From positions 84,576 to 148,575 of the IMG/VR virus record IMGVR_UViG_3300021963_000035: DNA of 64,000 nt; one strand, given 5' to 3'. Below the pieces are notes generated by a model. The model did not search any database. It saw only the letters and a program-made list of their open reading frames with translations, and was not told the origin of the DNA. The DNA is from a virus. Position numbers and translations under genes: made by a program. Every line of letters starts with the position of its first letter. Position 1 is the stretch's first letter. This document shows, piece by piece, positions 57,736 to 64,000 of the stretch.

Positions 57736-57926
57736 TTACTCCTTGAATTCAATGTTAATATCGAGATCACGTGCCAGTGCGTACTGTTCTACGACGTCCA
57801 TGTCGTAGTCATTGAGAACCAGCAGCGTGTTGCCTGTGAACATGACATCTAGGATGTCAAGTCCTTCGAGATCTTCTAGGATCTCGCGTTGTTTAGAAAT
57901 CGTCATCATTGTCATACCAGTGCTCC
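57736..57926 (-). CDS. Acidic hypothetical protein (start uncertain)
   Basis: Overlaps the end of the upstream acidic peptide. Confidence 0.5.
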
Positions 57927-58054
57927 GGAAGGTTTGCATCTTGTTCGTCTGCCCACTCGTTGTATTCCTCCTGGAACTCTGCATATTCCTCAGGAGTCAT
58001 CTCGTAGTGTGCGGGAATGAATTCATCGCTTTGAATGCTATCAAAAGGACCCAT
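57893..58054 (-). CDS. 53-aa extremely acidic peptide (not in ORF track)
   Basis: AGGAGAGCGAA RBS and own promoter; 18 D/E, 0 K/R. Confidence 0.7.
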   Translation of the reverse strand: MGPFDSIQSDEFIPAHYEMTPEEYAEFQEEYNEWADEQDANLPEHWYDNDDDF

Positions 58055-58125
58055 TTCGCTCTCCTAGTTAACTGCACATCGCAGTAATCAAATAATAACA
58101 GGGCCCGAAAGCCCTGTCAACCAAA

Positions 58126-58473
58126 TTAACCCTCCAGCTGGTAGGGTTTATTCCACTGCCCAATGTTCACATCAATGTACCAGCCTACGTCAAAGTAATC
58201 TGTCTGCGCATCGCTGCGATCGTGGTTACCGTCATTCATCGCTGGGATTAGCTCCTTGAGCAGCTCCAGGGGCCGTCCAGTGAAGTGCTCGTGATACCAG
58301 TAAGGGTTGACCTGGATGCGATCGCCTCCGAAGTCGATGGATCCCTTGCTGATGTTCACCACTAGGGTGCTGTGGTTACGTACCGCGATCGAGCCCTTGA
58401 CCCCGTGCTTCTTGAGGATGGTCTTGATCGCAGGTGCCAGCTTGGCTTTCTTTTCCTGACTCATGTATGCCAT
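58126..58473 (-). CDS. Hypothetical protein
   Basis: GGAGA RBS before MAYMSQ; D.SD.QTDYFDVGWY...IG.W.KPY motif. Confidence 0.75.
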   Translation of the reverse strand: MAYMSQEKKAKLAPAIKTILKKHGVKGSIAVRNHSTLVVNISKGSIDFGGDRIQVNPYWYHEHFTGRPLELLKELIPAMNDGNHDRSDAQTDYFDVGWYIDVNIGQWNKPYQLEG

Positions 58474-58492
58474 GATTCTCTCCTGTGTGTGT

Positions 58493-58675
58493 TCAGCTAT
58501 TTTGCAATGCCTGCATCTCTTTGTCAACCAAATAACTGGCCAGGTTCAGGGCCATCATTGCCGCTGTGATGGCCGCTACTCGCTCCCCACCTGTGTGCAG
58601 CATGCACCAGTCGATGAGATCCTGCGAGGTTGTGGGTGTGTCAAACAGACTGCTGTTGGGGATTGGGTTTTGCAT
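58493..58675 (-). CDS. Hypothetical protein
   Basis: AGGAGCGAAC RBS; promoter. Confidence 0.7.
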   Translation of the reverse strand: MQNPIPNSSLFDTPTTSQDLIDWCMLHTGGERVAAITAAMMALNLASYLVDKEMQALQNS

Positions 58676-58844
58676 GGTTCGCTCCTTGCTGTTGATCGTA
58701 CAGCTAGTATAGCACCTATTTTGGCTCCTGCAAGAGAATCTTTTTAAATATTTTGGTTGACAGGCTGTCCAAAAAAACGCATACTGTAGGTATGCGTTCG
58801 ATCGGGCAGTCCGGGGGTGGACGGCGAGGCTGCGCGAGTGGTTC

Positions 58845-59054
58845 TTAAAACCCCGCGGCGGCTTCCAGCTGCTGCTGAAGGGACTTGAGAGAGTCGAAGG
58901 CGGCCTTATAATGCGGGTCGATCTCTTTGTTGGGGGTGAACTGCTGATCTTGTCCTGCTATCATGCCTACGGCCCAGATAGCTCTGTTGACTGCTTCTCT
59001 ACGGACGTTTAGTATTTCTTCTGCTGTTGGCGGTGTTTTATCTTGTGCGGTCAT
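58845..59054 (-). CDS. Hypothetical protein
   Basis: Coupled to upstream methyltransferase-like gene. Confidence 0.55.
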   Translation of the reverse strand: MTAQDKTPPTAEEILNVRREAVNRAIWAVGMIAGQDQQFTPNKEIDPHYKAAFDSLKSLQQQLEAAAGF

Positions 59055-59596
59055 TTGTGTCCAATCTTCATATAACGGGTAAATCCCCATGTAGGGTATT
59101 TAAACGATTTCTCGCCCGTATATAAAGATTGTGACATAGGCCAACAGTTGCTGAACTCGTCTATGCTAGTGTAGCAGTGTACGTGATCATCATGGGGCAT
59201 GTCATTGCCCTGTAGCGCGATCAGTGTCCCGTTGGGAATGCGATCGTACCACTCGCGGGAATCAATGTGTTCCACGCTGGTGTTGATGATTAGATCAGGA
59301 GCAGTAGTCCAGGTCAGCTGATTAACATCTGCGGTTACTGCTGTAAACTCACCCTGCCAGTGCCACAGACGGTTCACGTGTATGGCCGTGCTTTCGCAGC
59401 TAGGATCTATGTCGTAGCTGGTAACATGTTGTATGGGTAGAGTGTTCTGTGTGCGCAACAGCAGGTTGGTAGTACAATACCAGCCCGCAAGTACATGTAT
59501 GCGTAAGGGTTGCAGCGGGGTCAATACCTGTGCTAGTGTCTCCCCGAGCCAGAGCTTGGATCCTATCTGGCCTGAGGAGAAACTATCCCAATTCAC
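59051..59596 (-). CDS. SAM-dependent methyltransferase-like protein
   Basis: VLAGWY, SYDIDP, DLIINTS.EH motifs. Confidence 0.65.
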   Translation of the reverse strand: MNWDSFSSGQIGSKLWLGETLAQVLTPLQPLRIHVLAGWYCTTNLLLRTQNTLPIQHVTSYDIDPSCESTAIHVNRLWHWQGEFTAVTADVNQLTWTTAPDLIINTSVEHIDSREWYDRIPNGTLIALQGNDMPHDDHVHCYTSIDEFSNCWPMSQSLYTGEKSFKYPTWGFTRYMKIGHK

Positions 59597-60825
59597 CCTT
59601 CTAGATTCTCGTAGATAACAGTCTGTCCAAAGGGTGCTTCTGCAGAAGTATTGCCCTTGACGATGAACAGGGTTTCACAGTATTCTTCGTCACCCCAACC
59701 ACCGCAGGGATAACCATCTGTGAACATAATGAACTTCTTCGGACGGAGATCACGCTCTTTCATGTATTCCCAATTGACTTCGAAGTCTGTGCCGCCGCCA
59801 CCTTGAGGTTCATAGCTCAACAATGCGTCACCGTCGTCGTGCGTGAAGCGTTGTGGGTTATAGATGTCTGTGTCAAAGCACCAGATGTCAATAGCGTAGT
59901 CCTGATACTGATCCATGATGCCTTTAACCTCTGACAGGAATGCAGTTGCATCCTCAGTGCCAATTGAACCTGACATATCAATGCCGATGGCCACGTCAAT
60001 GGTCTCATCGTTCTTCATTCCAGGAAGGATAGCGCCACTGTGCCAGCTCTTGCGATTAGGACGGGTGAATGCGTAGTCATTACGCACGATGCTCTGGATG
60101 TTCATCTGCAGAACATCACGCCAGTTCATCTTAGGTTCAGTCAAGTCCTTGAGCAGACGTTGCACACCTGCGGGCACCTTGCCAGCACCTGCGGCCGCGG
60201 CACTCTGGATCATTGCTTCTTTGATCTCGTCACGCAGTTTCTCTGCTTCTTCCTTGGTTAGTGTAGGCTTTGAACTTACACCCTGGCCACTCTTGCCTTG
60301 TTTATCGCCGCCTGCACCAGGACCCTCTTCTTCGTTGATATGTTCATCAAGCAGGTCGCCCAGTTGCTTGAGCAGTTGGCTCATAGGAATCTTCTCAGCC
60401 TGCTCCCAGAGCTTGTCGTAGATCTCTTCCCAGGCCATGCCACGATACTTATTGTCCTGGCAGATCTTGACTTCAGTAATACGCTCGCCGATGCGATCAT
60501 CTACGAGGATCTGATTCACAGCGTAGTCCTGCGCGATGTTGCTGAGCTGACGATCACGGCTACCAACACGGCCAAAGTGATCAAAGACACAATGCAGGAT
60601 CTCGTGTGCGAACAAGAACTCCAGCTTCTTGGTGTTGAGCTTCTTGACAAACTCAGTGTTGTAAAAGAAATTACGCCCGTCAGTTGCGGCAGTAGGGCAC
60701 CAGTCGTCTGCACAACGGATCTGCATACGGGTGGCCATGTTGCCAAAGAAGGGAGCCTTGAGTAGCAGTCCTACACGGGCTGTGATTAACTTTTCTTCGA
60801 TTGCTTTGTCTACGGTAACGGGCAT
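59593..60825 (-). CDS. Metallopeptidase-like (HExxH) plus vWA domain protein (DUF2201-type)
   Basis: TAATDG, HEILH; DMSGS MIDAS, GGGT.F, FTDG. Confidence 0.85.
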   Translation of the reverse strand: MPVTVDKAIEEKLITARVGLLLKAPFFGNMATRMQIRCADDWCPTAATDGRNFFYNTEFVKKLNTKKLEFLFAHEILHCVFDHFGRVGSRDRQLSNIAQDYAVNQILVDDRIGERITEVKICQDNKYRGMAWEEIYDKLWEQAEKIPMSQLLKQLGDLLDEHINEEEGPGAGGDKQGKSGQGVSSKPTLTKEEAEKLRDEIKEAMIQSAAAAGAGKVPAGVQRLLKDLTEPKMNWRDVLQMNIQSIVRNDYAFTRPNRKSWHSGAILPGMKNDETIDVAIGIDMSGSIGTEDATAFLSEVKGIMDQYQDYAIDIWCFDTDIYNPQRFTHDDGDALLSYEPQGGGGTDFEVNWEYMKERDLRPKKFIMFTDGYPCGGWGDEEYCETLFIVKGNTSAEAPFGQTVIYENLEG

Positions 60826-60939
60826 TTCGCTCTCCTAGTTGCTCAGTGTCTTTACAGTATATAGTCGCAGATTAGTTCTGTCAACCAAAAAGGTGGGAGG
60901 GGAACCCTGAGCAAGCCCCCCTCCCTAGCGCACGAGGTC

Positions 60940-62016
60940 TTAGTTCTCCATTGCGCTCAAAACATACTTGCCAAAACGCTTGTGGAACTCGTCAAAGTTC
61001 TTGAGCTTGGTGGCATCCAAGGGCAAGTTGTAATTGGTAAGGGCTGTCTTGGCACCCATAACCACCAACTCAGTTGGGAAGCAGTCCATCATGTAGCGGA
61101 AGAAGTTGTCTGCCTTGGCATCCCAGTCCTTGACCTTCTTGTCTGCCATGTCCTTGAGCTCATAGCAGAGGCTAACGGTCAAAGAATACATCGCCGACAC
61201 TTCTTTGATAGCCAAGTCCTTGACCTTGCCTTCGAGGATGTCGATGGCCTTGGGCAATTTGCCTGCGATCTTGCGGTGTGCCATAAACTTGTGTGCAAGT
61301 CCATCACCCACAGCGCCTGCGATCAGATCAGTCAGCGTGGCTTCGTCAGTGTCATCGTCCTGTAGCAGATCGCTTACGAACGACCAGGAGCGAGGCGTAG
61401 CGAATGCGTGGCTGGCGCTCTTAGGATCAAAGTCATACAAGTCCTGCTTGGCGAAACCAACATAACCAACGACCTGCTCGTGGATACGATTCAGGGTGGC
61501 CCAGTCTTGCCAGTCGTCGAAGTCCACTTTGGCTTCCAAGTGCAGGAATCGATTAGCCAATGGCTTAGGCATACGATAAGTCACGCCACGGTCACCATCG
61601 CGGTTACCAGCGGCAACGATATCTACACCCTTAGGTAGCACATAAGTGCCAACACGACGGTTCAGCACCAACTGGTATGCCGCGGCTTGGACTGCGGGTG
61701 GAGCAGAGTTCAGCTCATCCAGGAAGATGATCGCACGGCTGTCTGGATCCTGCGGCAGTTCTGCGGGAGGAGCCCACACCATGGTCTTGGTGTCTGCGTT
61801 GTAATAAGGGATACCCTTGATGTCGGTGGGTTCCCAAAGGGGTAGTCGAACATCGATCACTTCACGACCGGTGTCATCACCGATCTGCTTGACGATATCA
61901 CTTTTGCCAATGCCTGGAGGGCCCCACAGGAACACAGGACGGCGCTTTTGGATGGCCTTCAGGATAGCCTTCTTGGCTTTCTTAGGACCTACGGTACGGA
62001 TTGATTTGTCGCTCAT
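60940..62016 (-). CDS. MoxR-like AAA+ ATPase
   Basis: GPPGIGKS, IIFLDELN, AAGN, LANRF, TPRSW. Confidence 0.9.
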   Translation of the reverse strand: MSDKSIRTVGPKKAKKAILKAIQKRRPVFLWGPPGIGKSDIVKQIGDDTGREVIDVRLPLWEPTDIKGIPYYNADTKTMVWAPPAELPQDPDSRAIIFLDELNSAPPAVQAAAYQLVLNRRVGTYVLPKGVDIVAAGNRDGDRGVTYRMPKPLANRFLHLEAKVDFDDWQDWATLNRIHEQVVGYVGFAKQDLYDFDPKSASHAFATPRSWSFVSDLLQDDDTDEATLTDLIAGAVGDGLAHKFMAHRKIAGKLPKAIDILEGKVKDLAIKEVSAMYSLTVSLCYELKDMADKKVKDWDAKADNFFRYMMDCFPTELVVMGAKTALTNYNLPLDATKLKNFDEFHKRFGKYVLSAMEN

Positions 62017-62096
62017 TTAAGACCTCGTAAAGTTGAAAAAACATTACCTCGCTCAGTTGCTCAGTGTCTTTATTATGCCGCCAAACAGTGGACCTG

Positions 62097-62720
62097 TCAA
62101 GCGATTTTAACGTAATTTAATTGTGTTGTTTTATCGCCACGCTGGCTCTTGATCTTGCCTTTGACAGTCACAGTGCCCTTGATATCCTTGGGATACCAGA
62201 AGTCCACGTAGCTTTCACCCATGCGAGCGAAGATGCGATACTTCATGTATTGTTCACTGAAGTAGCTGCGGTAGACTTCTGCGCTGCCCACCACACGATC
62301 TCCCTCGTTGCCCGCTAGCTGCTCTGAATCCCGGATGCTGGCATCGATACCCTTCTTGAGGATGTCTCTACGCTGCGCTTCGGGGAGGCTGCTGATGATG
62401 GCAAAGTCCAGCATGTCACGGCCCGTGAACTCGTCCTTCTGCGCGATCTTGAGTACACTGCGCTCGAAGTCGTTGATCTTCCCGCTGAGTTCTTTCAGCA
62501 GCAGACCCTTGAAGTAGTGGCGCACTTCAGCACCCTTTTCTAGATCACCCTCTTGCAGCACAGAGAAATCATTGGCCTGCAGCCAGGACTTGACCATGCT
62601 CTTGTTCTCACGTGTGGCGATCTCGCCCGTGGCCTGATCGTGTACAGGATATTTGTAGTATCCCTGATTGATGCGATCTGCTGCGACCGCCAGTGCCCAA
62701 ACCTGATCTGCTGTAAACAT
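62097..62720 (-). CDS. Hypothetical protein with C-terminal OB-fold-like region
   Basis: AGGAGCG RBS; ends KGKIK...TQLNYVK. Confidence 0.7.
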   Translation of the reverse strand: MFTADQVWALAVAADRINQGYYKYPVHDQATGEIATRENKSMVKSWLQANDFSVLQEGDLEKGAEVRHYFKGLLLKELSGKINDFERSVLKIAQKDEFTGRDMLDFAIISSLPEAQRRDILKKGIDASIRDSEQLAGNEGDRVVGSAEVYRSYFSEQYMKYRIFARMGESYVDFWYPKDIKGTVTVKGKIKSQRGDKTTQLNYVKIA

Positions 62721-62778
62721 GTCACGCTCCTTTGTGTAAGTATCTACACTATAGCATCAGTATTTAGATGCTGCAACC

Positions 62779-62853
62779 AAAAAGAAAGGGCTGCGACGGC
62801 TAAGTGCAGCCCCTTCCAAAACCCGCCCCGGGAGCGAATCGGATTGGATTTTG
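62779..62853 (-). ncRNA. Candidate 3'-UTR anti-Shine-Dalgarno hairpin plus terminator (copy 2)
   Basis: Same 16-mer as copy 1; outer stem CAAAAUCC/GGGUUUUG. Confidence 0.5.
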
Positions 62854-62866
62854 TACGCTAACTCAA

Positions 62867-63112
62867 TTAAGCGAAGATCTGCTTGCGCTCACCGTTAACA
62901 TCGCGAGATGAAACAGTGTACTGGGCGCGGCCTTCAGTGTTCTTGTACTTGCGTACACGAAGTCCTGCTTGGCGGAACTCAGTCATGCGAGCACGAAGGT
63001 TCATGATGCCGTAGGTAGCAGCAGCCTGGGCTGAGCTCAAGCTATTGCCTGTACCGCGAAGATAGCCTTCGAGAAATTCTTTTTGAGTTGTTTTAAGAGT
63101 AGTAAATGCCAT
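62867..63112 (-). CDS. Winged helix-turn-helix DNA-binding protein
   Basis: LS.AQA...YGI.NLRAR..E.R.AG..V. Confidence 0.75.
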   Translation of the reverse strand: MAFTTLKTTQKEFLEGYLRGTGNSLSSAQAAATYGIMNLRARMTEFRQAGLRVRKYKNTEGRAQYTVSSRDVNGERKQIFA

Positions 63113-63204
63113 TTTTAAAGTTTCCTTAATTAACGGCTGTTGTTCAACAGCGTGAGTTAATTATAGTATAACCCTGGGAGCTGGTCAACTCCCAGGTTTA
63201 CCAA

Positions 63205-63414
63205 TCACTTCTTGACCGTGACCTCTGTCTTGAGATAGGTTCCGATGACCACCACGGCTAACCAGGTCCAAAACGTGTACTGGATAGCCAGCACGGGGAA
63301 CAGTGTATTAAGTGCCCAGATAACCACCCAGGGGAACAGGACCACCCAGATCAACAGTGCCAGGATGATACCAATGGCACCCAAACGAGTTAACAGATTA
63401 AACATATCATGCAC
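63205..63414 (-). CDS. Small membrane protein
   Basis: Hydrophobic; IWALNTLFP..AI.Y...TWLA. Confidence 0.7.
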   Translation of the reverse strand: MHDMFNLLTRLGAIGIILALLIWVVLFPWVVIWALNTLFPVLAIQYTFWTWLAVVVIGTYLKTEVTVKK

Positions 63415-64000
63415 CTTTCATGCAGGTTACTTCAGCCATACTCCGCCAGTTGTCAGGAAAGCTCTTGCGCAGATCTGACACCTTCAACACCATGCGCAGG
63501 CTGAGTTCGCGCATACGTTGTTTATTATCAGTGATGAATTCGACCACCTCATCGCGGACGGATTCTTCGAACTCATATGAATCCAGCATACCATCCTCTA
63601 CGATCTGGCGGATGCGCAACATCTTCTCACGTTCCGTGTCCATGGTCAGGTCCAGATAGTGACAGCGACTTTCCAGGGCCTCGAGGTGATCACGTAGCTT
63701 CTTTGAACGAACGTGTTCAAACTTGATGTTAGTGATGAAGATAGCACCCGCTTTAAACTCAAACTTGTCAGGTACGCCCTCATTACGTAGCACCCTAGAA
63801 TCAGTGTTCCAGCTAATGGTACGCTTCTTACTACTGTCCAAGGCCGCCTTCAAGATGTTCAAGCTGAGATCATCCAGCAGGATTGAGTCACAGTCATCGA
63901 ACACGATAACGTTACCCTTCTCTGAATACTTGTACAATTGCGAGTAAAGACCCACAGCACTCATGGCGCCCTTGATCACTTCGTACTTGGGCTTGCGTTG
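63407..64000 (-). CDS. AAA-type ATPase (5' truncated by window)
   Basis: IVFDDCD Walker B, LKAALDS, IFITN, ALESR. Confidence 0.75.
   Translation of the reverse strand, partial: QRKPKYEVIKGAMSAVGLYSQLYKYSEKGNVIVFDDCDSILLDDLSLNILKAALDSSKKRTISWNTDSRVLRNEGVPDKFEFKAGAIFITNIKFEHVRSKKLRDHLEALESRCHYLDLTMDTEREKMLRIRQIVEDGMLDSYEFEESVRDEVVEFITDNKQRMRELSLRMVLKVSDLRKSFPDNWRSMAEVTCMKGA

Larger units (their letters stand above)
55993..58118 (-). promoter_or_regulatory. Repeated early promoter with palindromic spacer (terminator-promoter cassette)
   Basis: ATAACAGGGCCCTAAGGCCCTGTC identical at 55993 and 56422; variant at 58095; reads -35/hairpin/-10 on minus strand. Confidence 0.8.

Noticed and set aside
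49907-58118. CRISPR array or DGR
   Set aside because: Repeats are separated by whole genes at irregular spacing; no cas, reverse transcriptase or TR/VR pair seen.
1-64000. tRNA/rRNA genes and stop-codon recoding
   Set aside because: No cloverleaf recognised by eye; core genes are full length in the standard code.

Overview
A 64-kb segment of a large T4-like (myovirus) phage genome, probably infecting an aquatic proteobacterium (host is inference). 1-23 kb is virion morphogenesis: 5'-truncated fibre-like protein, gp15/gp14/gp13-like neck and tail-completion genes, dNMP kinase, sheath, tube, gp4-like nuclease, terminase and internal head proteins. 23-46 kb is replication/recombination (gp32 SSB, UvsX, UvsY, UvsW, a 192-aa mini-DnaE, primase, carbamoyltransferase, gp41 helicase), interrupted by an 8-kb sugar-modification cluster. 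After a G/C-run-rich strand switch at ~49.6-49.9 kb comes a minus-strand early-type region of small, self-contained gene modules with sigma70-like promoters. Main unexplained signals: (1) whole transcription units almost free of GA/GG/TC/CC dinucleotides, encoding proteins that lack D/E/G/P/W and bracketed by a polar GGGTCTWT motif; two further genes are depleted only on the template strand. (2) 3'-UTR hairpins whose loop is complementary to the phage's own extended Shine-Dalgarno (GGAGCGAA), while many late/middle genes appear leaderless. (3) A miniature family-C polymerase. All counts were made by eye. No tRNA, rRNA or CRISPR array was recognised.
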